Source: Myxococcota bacterium
GTDB lineage: Bacteria > Myxococcota_A > UBA796 > CAJQPC01
Assembly: GCA_036229005.1 (NCBI GenBank)
Contig: JAZAMN010000036.1
Span: forward strand, 38,616 to 102,615
Reading direction: 5' to 3'
Length of the DNA: 64,000 nucleotides
How positions within the stretch are numbered: the stretch's first letter is position 1; every line of letters starts with the position of its first letter. The notes below the pieces were generated by a model, which did no database searches, was not told where the DNA came from, and saw only the letters and a program-made list of their open reading frames with translations. A program made the translations under genes and the position numbers. Positions 37,585 to 46,455 of the stretch are shown piece by piece.

Positions 37585-38598
37585 ATGGCTACGGACAAGG
37601 ACGATGAGCAGGTCGAGGTTCTCGACGCAGAGGGCAACCCCCTGGACCCGCTGGGAGAGGACAATGAGCGCCGCAAGGTGCCCAGCAACCTGACCATGCT
37701 GGCGCCCCCCAAGCGGGGCTCGCGGACGGCCTCCAAGGACGATCTGCTGGGCTACTACCTGTCCGAGGTGCGCCGCTACCCGCTGCTGGACCAGGAAGAG
37801 GAGCAGGCCGCCGCCATCGCCTGGGTGGAGGACGGCGACGTCCAGGCCGCCGAGCGACTGGTCACGGCCAACCTGCGCCTGGTGGTCAAGCTGGCCTTCC
37901 AGTACCACCGCCAGTGGTCCAACGTGCTGGACCTCATCCAGGAGGGCAACGTCGGGTTGGTCGAGGCGCTCTCCCGCTACGACCCGTACCGCGGCATCCG
38001 CTTCTCCAGCTACGCGCAGTACTGGATCCGGGCGATGATCCTGCGCTACCTCATGGACAACTTCCGGATGGTGCGCCTGGGCAGTACGCGGCACGGCCGC
38101 AAGCTCTTCTTCCAGCTCAACAAGGAGAAGCAGCGGCTGATCCAAGAGGGGCTCACCCCCTCCACCAAGCTGCTGGCCGAGCGCCTCCAGGTCCCCGAGA
38201 AGGAGGTCGCGACGGTGGACAACCACCTGCGGGCTCCCGCGATGTCCTTTGACGCCCCCGTGGGCGACGACGATGGCCGCGCCCTCAAGGATGTGGTGCC
38301 TGACCAGGATGGCAGCGCCCCGGACGATGTCGTGGCCCGCCGAGAGCTGGGGGCGGTGGTTCAGGAGAAGCTCAGCGCGTTCGCCGAGACGCTGCTGGAT
38401 GAGCGCGAGCACGCCATCTGGCACGAGCGGCTGGTGGTCCCTGATCCCATCCCGCTCTCGCAGCTCGGTGAGCGCTTCGGCGTCTCAAAGGAGCGCATCC
38501 GCCAGATCGAAGCCCGCATGCGCAAGCGCCTCAAGGCCTTCCTGCAGGCAGAGCTCGGCGACGAGATCGACTTCGAGTTCTCGGTGGGCGGAGACTGA
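37585..38598 (+). CDS. rpoH: RNA polymerase sigma factor, sigma32/RpoH family
   Basis: ANLRLVVK, DLIQEGNVGL, RFSSYAQYWIRA, RpoH-box-like GRKLFFQL, GVSKERIRQIE. Confidence 0.85.
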   Translation: MATDKDDEQVEVLDAEGNPLDPLGEDNERRKVPSNLTMLAPPKRGSRTASKDDLLGYYLSEVRRYPLLDQEEEQAAAIAWVEDGDVQAAERLVTANLRLVVKLAFQYHRQWSNVLDLIQEGNVGLVEALSRYDPYRGIRFSSYAQYWIRAMILRYLMDNFRMVRLGSTRHGRKLFFQLNKEKQRLIQEGLTPSTKLLAERLQVPEKEVATVDNHLRAPAMSFDAPVGDDDGRALKDVVPDQDGSAPDDVVARRELGAVVQEKLSAFAETLLDEREHAIWHERLVVPDPIPLSQLGERFGVSKERIRQIEARMRKRLKAFLQAELGDEIDFEFSVGGD

Positions 38599-38603
38599 GC
38601 TTC

Positions 38604-39923
38604 ATGCGGCTGCCTGCGTTCCTGCGTCCTCGGCGCAAGCTGCCCTCTGGTCCGGCTCCAGCGGCGAGCTCCGCGCTGGGCGTCCTCCCGGAGCTCCCGG
38701 CCTTCGACTGGGAGGACCGCGTCGACCCGCGGGCAGGGCTCCGGGGGGGAGACGCCCTGGCCACCGCGCTCGACTCCGACGAGACCCACGATGCCGTCCT
38801 CAGCGCGCTGGAGCCGCTGCTGTCTCCCGGGCCCGAGGCCTTTGAGCACCCCACCGACACCGCTGCACGGCTGTTCTGTCTGATCGGGGTGCTCGGCGCT
38901 CGAGACCTCTCGCCTGCCACGCGGGCCCGCGTCAGCGCGGAGGTTCAGCGCAGCGCCGACTGGCTCATCACCAACCTGGCTCCAGCAGGCCCCCGCCGCG
39001 TCATGCAGTGCGCTGCCCTGGTGTTGGCCGGGCTGGGCCTCCCGGGACTTCAGGGCGCCGGCCGTTGGTGGAGCTATGGGCTCTCTCAGCTCGGCAGGGA
39101 CTTCCCCGCCGTTCTGCATCCCGACGGCGGCCCTCGCGATGGCAGCGCCGCGCTCCTGCTCCGGCAGCTTCAGTTTCTGTGGCCGGTGGTCCAGGTCTGT
39201 GAGGGCGCCGGTGTGGTCTTGCCCCCGGAGCTGCTCCCGGCGCTCGGGCGCGCCAGCCTGGTGCTCCGGGACATCGGCGCGGGCGGCCCCCTCCCGCCGC
39301 TGGGCGAGGACCCTTACGAGCCTCTGCTGGGCGCCGACACCGCGTGGCCTCTTGCCCAGGCGCTGGCGCGGAGCTGGGAGGATCCTGTCGGGCCCCCAGG
39401 GCAGTCCAAGGACTGGGAGCTGCGTCCGCTGCGGGAGACGGGGTGGATGGTCCTCCACGCCAAGCTGCGGGGGAAGGTCTCGCGGGCTGTCGTGGACCTC
39501 CACAGCGGTCAGGTGACCTGGGATCTCGACGGCCAACCGGTGCTCGAGGGCGAAGCCCGCGGCTGCATGTCCAGGCCCGCGGACTGGCGCGCCGAGTGGA
39601 AGGTGGCCCGGGTCGACGGTCGCTGCGTGACCGTCATCTTCACGGAGACCGGTCGCGACGGTGAGTGGACCCGAGAGCTCCGCGCCGAGGGCGGCCGCCT
39701 GATCGTGACCGATCGTATCGAGGGGGCCTCGCTCCGAGCCCGCTTCCTGATGGGGGAGGGGATGGTCCTGGAGAAGGGGGACAAGCCCGGTCAGTGGACC
39801 GCGTCTGGACCGCTCAAGCTCCGCATCGCCCTCGACACCGAGCAGGCCACGTGGGTCGGCGAGGACAGGCTGCTCGCGGGCAACCTGGGCGCCACGAAGC
39901 ATCGGTCGCGGTTCGAGCTGTGA
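38604..39923 (+). CDS. Heparinase II/III-like fold protein, divergent
   Basis: Helical N-half followed by VLHPDGG, LPPLGED, LRETGWMV, WTRELR and LIVTDRIEG, resembling heparinase II/III family segments. Confidence 0.5.
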   Translation: MRLPAFLRPRRKLPSGPAPAASSALGVLPELPAFDWEDRVDPRAGLRGGDALATALDSDETHDAVLSALEPLLSPGPEAFEHPTDTAARLFCLIGVLGARDLSPATRARVSAEVQRSADWLITNLAPAGPRRVMQCAALVLAGLGLPGLQGAGRWWSYGLSQLGRDFPAVLHPDGGPRDGSAALLLRQLQFLWPVVQVCEGAGVVLPPELLPALGRASLVLRDIGAGGPLPPLGEDPYEPLLGADTAWPLAQALARSWEDPVGPPGQSKDWELRPLRETGWMVLHAKLRGKVSRAVVDLHSGQVTWDLDGQPVLEGEARGCMSRPADWRAEWKVARVDGRCVTVIFTETGRDGEWTRELRAEGGRLIVTDRIEGASLRARFLMGEGMVLEKGDKPGQWTASGPLKLRIALDTEQATWVGEDRLLAGNLGATKHRSRFEL

Positions 39924-40232
39924 GTTGCGGCCTCCGCGCCCTTCTTGGGTGAGTCGGAGCTCCGGCCGCAAGTCTCAGCATTTTTTTCTTCGGAGGGACC
40001 CCCCGCGGAGGCGCCTGCGCATCCCCCCGAGAGTTGCGGCCTCCGCGCCTTCTTTGGTGAGTCGGAGCTCCGGCCGAAACCTCCAGCACTTTTCTCCGGG
40101 GGGGCACCCCCCGGAGTCGCCTGCGTCTCCCCCCGGGGTTTTGGCCTCCGCGCCTTTTCTTGGTGCGTCGGAGCTCCGGCCGCAACTCACAGCACTCATT
40201 TCTCCGGGGGGACACCCCACGGAGTCGCCTGC
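39922..40232. repeat. Three tandem ~105-109 bp palindromic units (REP/BIME-like)
   Basis: GGCCTCCGCGCC...GGTG(A/C)GTCGGAGCTCCGGCCG...CAGCA...GGAG(G/T)CGCCTGCG recurs from about 39922, 40031 and 40136. Confidence 0.85.
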
Positions 40233-40267
40233 GGCTCGCCGAAGTGCTCCCCAGGGGAGCTGCGGCT

Positions 40268-40385
40268 GCGCAAGCGACCCCGAACGCAACACCACAGCGC
40301 GCAAGCGGGCCCGAACGCAACACGCCAGCGCGCAAGCGGCCCCGAACGCAACACGCCAGCGCGTAAGCGACCCCGAACGCAACAG
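40268..40385. repeat. Four tandem 30-bp repeats (GCGCAAGCGnCCCCGAACGCAACACnnCAGC)
   Basis: Read directly from the sequence. Confidence 0.85.
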
Positions 40386-40419
40386 AACAAGCCCAAACTG
40401 GGGCTCTCTCCACGCGAGC

Positions 40420-40540
40420 TGTTGCGTTCACCCCGACTTACGCGCCCACCTGTTGCGTCCACCCCGACTTGCGCGCCCACGAGTTGCGTTCACCCCGACT
40501 TGCGCGCCCACCTGTTGCGTTCACCCCGACTTGCGCCCCC
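40420..40540. repeat. Four tandem 31-bp repeats (GTTGCGTTCACCCCGACTTGCGCGCCCACCT), a diverged inverted copy of the 40268-40385 unit
   Basis: The reverse complement shares GCGCGCAAG...GAACGCAAC with the previous array. Confidence 0.85.
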
Positions 40541-40587
40541 TGTGGCATCCAACTCGGCGCCCCGGCCCATCGACCCGCCAAGGCGCC

Positions 40588-42027
40588 CTAGCGCCGCCGG
40601 TACTCCGCCGGGTCCAGCCCCAGCGCTTCCACCTTCGTGTAGAGCGTCCGCCGGCTGATCCCTGCCAGGCGAGCCGTCTCGGACATCTGGCCCTTGGTGC
40701 GCTTGAGCAGCGCGTGCAGGTAGTTCTTCTCGATCTGGGCCGTCGCGGCCTTGGTGTTCTCCGCCAGCCCCAGCTTGAGGTCCAGGCCCAGTGGCGCGGC
40801 CCCGGACAGCGGGCCCGGCTGCGCGAAGGCCCGGGGCAGGTCGGTGGGCTCCAGGCGGCGGCCGGAGTGGGAGATGAGCCAGCGCTCACACATGGCGCGG
40901 AGCTGCCGCACGTTCCCCGGCCAGTGCCACTGGGTGATGGCCTGCATCGTGGCGTGGGGGATGGTCGGCGCCTCAAGCTGGTACTCCTGGGAGGAGTCCT
41001 GCAGGAAGTGCTGGATCAGCAGCGGGATGTCCTCGGGGCGCTCCCGCAGCGGGGGGAGTCGGATGGGGAAGACGTTGAGGCGGTAGTACAGGTCCTCCCG
41101 GAACTCCCCCTCCTTCACCGCCTTCTCGAGCTGCACGTTGGTGGCCGCGATGACCCGGACGTCCACCCGGACGTTCTCGTGGCCACCCACCCGGCGGAAG
41201 CGCATCGTCTCCAGCACGCGCAGCAGCGTGACCTGCACGTTCAGGGTGGTCTCGCCCAGCTCGTCCAGGAAGAGGCTGCCCCCGTCGGCCATCTCGAACA
41301 CGCCCTGACGGCGGCCGCTGGCGCCGGTGAAGCTGCCCTTCTCGTGCCCAAAGAGCTCGGACTCCAGCAGCGACTCGGTGAAGGCGCCGCAGTTGATGGC
41401 GATGAAGGGCTGCCCCGCCCGCCGGCTCTGGTCGTGGATGGCCTGGGAGATCAGCTCCTTGCCTGTGCCGGTCTCGCCGCGGATCAGCACCGTCGCGTCC
41501 GTGCCGGCCACCGCGCGCACCTTGTCGAACACCTGGTGCATCAGCGGGCTGCGGGTCAGCATGTGCGAGAAGCCGTAGCGGGCCTGCAGCTTCTCGCGGG
41601 CCTGCTCCAGGGCCGCCGCTGTGCGCTTGTCAGCCAGGACCCGGTCCACGGCGTCACGGAGAGCACCCGGCTGGACCGGCTTGGGCAGGTAGTCGGCCGC
41701 CCCGGCGCGCAGCGCCTCGACCGCCCCGGGGATCGAGGGCGAGGACGCCAGCCAGATGATCGGCACCCCATGCCCGCGCCGCTGGAACATGGACAGCGCG
41801 GCGAGCCCCGGCAGGTCGCGCATATCCGAAGCCAGCACCACCACATCGGGCGCGCTGCGGTGCAGGATGCTCAAGCCCTCCCGGGCGGTCATGGCGGAGC
41901 GCAGGCGGCGCTTGTCGTTGCGCAGGGCAAAGCGCGCAGCGTTCAGGTGCGCGCGGTCCCCCTCGACCACCAACACGGTCTCTTCGAAGCTGGCTGTGGC
42001 ATCGTCGCTGGGTCGCAAGGGAAGCAT
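40588..42027 (-). CDS. Sigma54-dependent transcriptional activator (NtrC family: REC-AAA+-Fis HTH) with an atypical receiver
   Basis: GETGTGKE, ESELFGHEKGSFTGA, LFLDE, FREDLYYRL, WPGNVRQL, HTH GISRRTLY; start uncertain. Confidence 0.93.
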   Translation of the reverse strand: MLPLRPSDDATASFEETVLVVEGDRAHLNAARFALRNDKRRLRSAMTAREGLSILHRSAPDVVVLASDMRDLPGLAALSMFQRRGHGVPIIWLASSPSIPGAVEALRAGAADYLPKPVQPGALRDAVDRVLADKRTAAALEQAREKLQARYGFSHMLTRSPLMHQVFDKVRAVAGTDATVLIRGETGTGKELISQAIHDQSRRAGQPFIAINCGAFTESLLESELFGHEKGSFTGASGRRQGVFEMADGGSLFLDELGETTLNVQVTLLRVLETMRFRRVGGHENVRVDVRVIAATNVQLEKAVKEGEFREDLYYRLNVFPIRLPPLRERPEDIPLLIQHFLQDSSQEYQLEAPTIPHATMQAITQWHWPGNVRQLRAMCERWLISHSGRRLEPTDLPRAFAQPGPLSGAAPLGLDLKLGLAENTKAATAQIEKNYLHALLKRTKGQMSETARLAGISRRTLYTKVEALGLDPAEYRRR

Positions 42028-42032
42028 CGCCT

Positions 42033-43742
42033 GTGAGTGGACCGCCCCATCAGGGCCTGCCAACCCCTCTATCACCCCGACAGGGGGCTGCCGTGCTGGG
42101 GCTCGCCTTGGCGTGCCTCGCGATCCTCAGCTTCCCGGCGCTGCTTCACCCGACCCAGCTCCTGGCGCACCCCACCGGCGAGGGGAACAACCACTACTGG
42201 ATGCTCTGGCGCGCCTTCCAGTCGGGCCCCGTCAGCAACCTGCCCGAGGGCCTGCCCATCCCCCTGATGGACCCGGTCAACCTGGTGCTGGCCGCGCCCC
42301 TGATGCCCCTCTCGCCGGCGCTCGCGTTCAACGCCGTGGTGCTCGGGAACCTGCTCCTGGCCTTCGGCGGGGCCTTCTTCATGGCCCGCGAGCTCGGCGC
42401 TCAGTGGCGCGCGGCCTCGGTCGCTGGTGTCGCTGCGATGTCCGCTCCCGTCCTTTGGGGCATCGTCAGCTTCGGCCTCACCGAATCCCTCCCCGTGGGC
42501 TGGCTGGCCCTCGCCCTGGGAGCCCTCCACCGCTTCGCCCGGACTGGCGGCCACCCCTGGTGGATCCTGGCCGGCCTCTGCCTCGGGGCCTTCGGGCTCT
42601 CTGGCTGGTACAGCGCCACCTTCGCCGTCCCCGCGGTCCTGACCTTCTCGATCTGGCTCTTGGTGCAGCACCGCAGCGCGCGCACCCTCGGAGGCCTGCT
42701 CGGGGCCGGTGTCCTCGCTGGGGCCATGGTGCTCCCTGCTCTGTTGGACTTCCTGGAGGTCCGGGAGTTCTGGTCGGAGCGCTGGCACCCCCCAGCCCCT
42801 GAGCCCCCTCCCTTCCTGCCCCGCTGGCGCACCCTCCCGAACCGAGGGACCGACCTGCTCAACCTCATCCTGCCCTCCCTGGAGCGCGAGGCCGTCTCCA
42901 AGAGCGTCTACCTGGGCTGGACCGGCCTGCTGCTGGCCCTCGCGGCCGGCAAGAAGGGCAGGGGACTCTGGGCCGGCGTCGTCCTGCTCCTACTGCTCAC
43001 CCTGGGCCACTGGCTCTCCATCGGCGGCAACACCGAGTTGCTGGGCCGCCCCTGGAAGATGCCCGCCGGCCTGCTCTCCGACTGGATCCCCCAGCTCCAG
43101 GGCCTCACCCATTGGCACCGGGCCGCAGCGCCGGCCAGCGTTCTCCTCGCTGTCGCCACGGGGCTCGGGGTGCAGCGCCTCTCCCAGCGGGTCCAGTGGG
43201 TGTGGATCCCCGCTGTCGTGGGCCTGCTGGCCGAGTCCATCCTCCTCTCCCAGAACCCGTGGCCGCGCGAACAGATCCCCACGGAGATCCCCGCCGTCTT
43301 CTCCCAGCTCTCCGAGCCCGGGGGCGTGGTCATCCTGCCCTTCGACAACGGGCGCGTGGACTTCTCCGGCACCCTGCCGCGCCGCTACAACCTCTGGCAG
43401 CCCCGCATCGGCCGACCCATGGCGGAGAACTACGAGGGCCCCGACGCGCTGCTCAGCTCCAGCCTGTTGATGGCAGCGGCGGATGGGCTCTGCGGGGTCC
43501 CGGAGACCACCCCTCGGACCTGGCGGGTGCCCAAGAGCCTCCGCGATCCAGCGCGCGCCCGCAAGCGAGGACAGGCTGCCCATCTCCACGATCTCCAGAG
43601 CGCGGGCATCCGCTACGTGCTCCTGGACACCGCGTCCTGTCCCGACGCCGAGGCCGCCTCCGAGCTGCTCCAGGACGCCTTGGGCGCGCCGCGTCTGGGG
43701 GAGGGGGGCTACCGGGTCTGGGAGCTGCCGCCCGCCCCCTGA
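42033..43742 (+). CDS. Polytopic membrane protein, possible GT-C/YfhO-like glycosyltransferase
   Basis: More than 10 TM segments; SVYLGW and C-terminal GIRYVLLD patterns seen in such proteins. Confidence 0.6.
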   Translation: MSGPPHQGLPTPLSPRQGAAVLGLALACLAILSFPALLHPTQLLAHPTGEGNNHYWMLWRAFQSGPVSNLPEGLPIPLMDPVNLVLAAPLMPLSPALAFNAVVLGNLLLAFGGAFFMARELGAQWRAASVAGVAAMSAPVLWGIVSFGLTESLPVGWLALALGALHRFARTGGHPWWILAGLCLGAFGLSGWYSATFAVPAVLTFSIWLLVQHRSARTLGGLLGAGVLAGAMVLPALLDFLEVREFWSERWHPPAPEPPPFLPRWRTLPNRGTDLLNLILPSLEREAVSKSVYLGWTGLLLALAAGKKGRGLWAGVVLLLLLTLGHWLSIGGNTELLGRPWKMPAGLLSDWIPQLQGLTHWHRAAAPASVLLAVATGLGVQRLSQRVQWVWIPAVVGLLAESILLSQNPWPREQIPTEIPAVFSQLSEPGGVVILPFDNGRVDFSGTLPRRYNLWQPRIGRPMAENYEGPDALLSSSLLMAAADGLCGVPETTPRTWRVPKSLRDPARARKRGQAAHLHDLQSAGIRYVLLDTASCPDAEAASELLQDALGAPRLGEGGYRVWELPPAP

Positions 43743-43767
43743 GCGCGCGGGGTGTAGGCTTGCGCCG

Positions 43768-44766
43768 ATGCTGCTGCTCTCCCTGCTCGCCTGTCGTGTG
43801 GAGTTCGGTCAGCCCAAGGTCTCCCAGGAGTCCGAGGGCCCCGTCACTCTCTGGGTCTACACCTCGATGTACCAGTCCGTGCTGGACGAGCTGGACCCTC
43901 TGCTCGCCGAGCAGCTCCCGGGCGTCCAGGTCAAGTGGTTCCAGTCGGGCTCGGAGAAGGTCGCCCAGCGCCTGGAGGCCGAGTGGGCCGCGGGGGGCTC
44001 GGAGGCCTGCATCCTGATGACCTCGGACCCCTTCTGGTACCAGGCGCTCACCGAGCGCGAGAGGCTGCGTCCCTACGTCTCTCCTCGGGCTCTGGAGCTG
44101 GATCGGCAGTGGGTCACACCCACCTACACCACCGCTCGGCTGAGCACGATGGTCCTCGCCGTTCACCGGGATCTGGTCCCCAGCGAGGACAGACCGGCCA
44201 GCTTCGCGGTGCTCCAGGATCCGCGCTACGCCGGGAAGCTCTCCACCCCGGACCCCCTGTCCTCGGGCACCACCTTCACCACCATGGCCTTCCTCCAGCA
44301 GGCCTACGGCTGGGAGTACTGGGAGGCGCTGCGGGCCAACGGCACGGTCTCCGCGGGGGGCAACTCCTCGACGCTGCAGCGCCTGGAGAGCTCCGAGCGG
44401 CCCGTCGGCGTGCTGCTGCTGGAGAACCTGCTCAAGGCCGCCGAGACCGGCTCCCCGGCCGAGCCGATCTTCCCGGAGGACGGCGCCATCGCGATCCCCG
44501 GTCCGGTGGCCATCACCTCGGAGTGCGCGAGCCCGCTGCAGGCCCAGGCCTTCGTGGACTTCATCCTCTCCGAGCCCGCCCAGCAGGCCATCGTGGGCGG
44601 CTACATGCACTCGCCCTTCCCGGACGCCGCCCCGCCAAAGGGGGCGCCGCCGCTCGGTGAGATCGCCCTCCGCCCCTGGAGCCCGGAGTTCACGGCGCAG
44701 GTCGCCGGCGACGCCGAGGCCATCAAGGAGCGCTACGCCGCCATCGTGACCGGCACGGGGGAGTAG
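43768..44766 (+). CDS. ABC transporter substrate-binding lipoprotein (Fe3+/thiamine-type)
   Basis: MLLLSLLAC lipobox; LWVYTS, PDPLSSGT, IFPEDG, AFVDFILS. Confidence 0.9.
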   Translation: MLLLSLLACRVEFGQPKVSQESEGPVTLWVYTSMYQSVLDELDPLLAEQLPGVQVKWFQSGSEKVAQRLEAEWAAGGSEACILMTSDPFWYQALTERERLRPYVSPRALELDRQWVTPTYTTARLSTMVLAVHRDLVPSEDRPASFAVLQDPRYAGKLSTPDPLSSGTTFTTMAFLQQAYGWEYWEALRANGTVSAGGNSSTLQRLESSERPVGVLLLENLLKAAETGSPAEPIFPEDGAIAIPGPVAITSECASPLQAQAFVDFILSEPAQQAIVGGYMHSPFPDAAPPKGAPPLGEIALRPWSPEFTAQVAGDAEAIKERYAAIVTGTGE

Positions 44767-46455
44767 GTGCCTGCCTGGCTGGAGCGCATCGGCCTGGGAC
44801 GCCTGGCCATCCTGGGAGGCTCGGGCCTGCTGCTGTTGCTCTTCGTGGGCGCGCCCCTGGGCGTTCTGCTCATCGAGGCCGTCGGCGCTGGCGGCGAGGT
44901 CTGGTCCGGCGCGCTGGCCAGCCCGGTCAACCGCCAGGCCGCCTGGCACACCCTGCAGCTCGCGCTGGGGACCCTGGCCTTCACCCTGGCTCTGGGCGTC
45001 CCGCTGGGCTGGCTCTTTGGCGCCTCGGACCTGCCGAATCGCGGGATCTGGCGGGCCGTCTGCACGCTGCCCTACGTCATCCCGCCCTACATCGGCGCGA
45101 TCGCCTGGATCCACCTGGCGAACCCCTCCAGCGGGGCCATCAACCGTCTCTTCGGCGGGCAGGTGCTGGACATCTACACGGTGCCGGGCATGGTCTGGGT
45201 GCTGGGGCTGGCCTTCACGCCCTTCATCTTCATGGCCGTTGCGTCCTCGCTCGAGCGCATGGATCCCTCCCTGGAGGAGGCCGCCCGGATCTCCGGCGCT
45301 GGGCCCCTGCGGGTCTTCTTCACCGTGACCCTGCCCCTCTCCCTGCCGGCCCTGGCCGCCGCGGCGAGCTTCGTGACCGCCGCCTCCGCTGCGGCCTTTG
45401 GCGTGCCCTACCTGCTCTCCACGGGAGCCGCCGAGCCCCGCTGGGTGCTCACCACCCGCATCTACCAGGCGCTGGACCTGGCCCCCGCGACCGGCCGCCC
45501 TCTGGCCGTGGCCCTGAGCGTCGGGCTGCTGGTCATCGGCGTCGGACTCCCCGCCCTCGGCCGCCTGCTCGAAGGGCGCCGCAGCTTCACCACCGTCACC
45601 GGCAAGGCCTCCCGCGGCGGGCGCCAGACCCTGGGCAAGTGGACGCTCCCCGCGCAGCTCTTTGTGGGCCTCTACGCCCTGGCCGGCGTGGTCCTGCCCC
45701 TGGGCACCCTGCTCGCGACCAGCCTGATGCAGAACATCGGCGGCGGGCTGTCCCCCGACAACCTCACCCTCGCCAACTACGGCCGCATCCTCACCGGAGA
45801 CGGCGCGCCCCAGGCCCTGCTCAACTCGCTCGTGCTGGCCATCGGTGCGGCCTCGGCCGGCGTGCTGTTGGGCGCACTGGTCGCCTACCTGCGCGAGCGC
45901 ACGAGCACCCGGGGGCGGGGCTTTTTGGCCTGGCTCGCGGCGCTGCCTTACGCGGTCCCGGGCACCGTGCTGGCCCTGGGCTTCATCCTGGCCTTCTCCC
46001 AGCCCATCACCCTGGTGGTCCTGGAGCGGGCGCGCTTCACCCTGGATCTCAAGGACACCCTGTGGATCCTGGGCCTGGCCTACATGGTCAAGTTCCTGGC
46101 CTTCCCCGTGGGCAACGCGCGCTCCGGCCTCAAGTCCCTGCACCCCTCGCTGGAGGAGGCCGCGCGCATGTCCGGCGCCTCCTGGGGCCGCGCGATGCGG
46201 GACGTGACCTTCCCCCTCCTCAAGCCCAACCTGGTGGCCGCCTGGCTGCTGGTCTTCCTGCCCGCCTTCTCCGAGATCACCATGAGCATCCTGCTCTTTG
46301 GTCCGGACACCCAGGTCGTGGGCACCCTGCTCTTCAACCTCCAGGCCTACGGTGACCCTCCGGGCGCGGCCGTGCTCGCGGTGCTCGTCGCCGCCCTGGT
46401 GCTTGGGGGCAACCTCCTCGCGCGCCGCCTCTCGGGCGGCAAGGTAGGTCTCTGA
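44767..46455 (+). CDS. ABC transporter permease with two BPD_transp_1 domains (FbpB-like)
   Basis: Two EAA loops: LEEAARISGA and LEEAARMSGA. Confidence 0.93.
   Translation: MPAWLERIGLGRLAILGGSGLLLLLFVGAPLGVLLIEAVGAGGEVWSGALASPVNRQAAWHTLQLALGTLAFTLALGVPLGWLFGASDLPNRGIWRAVCTLPYVIPPYIGAIAWIHLANPSSGAINRLFGGQVLDIYTVPGMVWVLGLAFTPFIFMAVASSLERMDPSLEEAARISGAGPLRVFFTVTLPLSLPALAAAASFVTAASAAAFGVPYLLSTGAAEPRWVLTTRIYQALDLAPATGRPLAVALSVGLLVIGVGLPALGRLLEGRRSFTTVTGKASRGGRQTLGKWTLPAQLFVGLYALAGVVLPLGTLLATSLMQNIGGGLSPDNLTLANYGRILTGDGAPQALLNSLVLAIGAASAGVLLGALVAYLRERTSTRGRGFLAWLAALPYAVPGTVLALGFILAFSQPITLVVLERARFTLDLKDTLWILGLAYMVKFLAFPVGNARSGLKSLHPSLEEAARMSGASWGRAMRDVTFPLLKPNLVAAWLLVFLPAFSEITMSILLFGPDTQVVGTLLFNLQAYGDPPGAAVLAVLVAALVLGGNLLARRLSGGKVGL

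Noticed and set aside
39922..40545. Possible CRISPR array
   Set aside because: Repeats are directly tandem with no unique spacers; no cas genes in the window
39925..40658. ORFs crossing the repeat region (for example 39945-40658 + and 39975-40382 -)
   Set aside because: The translations simply mirror the DNA repeats; no RBS or codon-bias support
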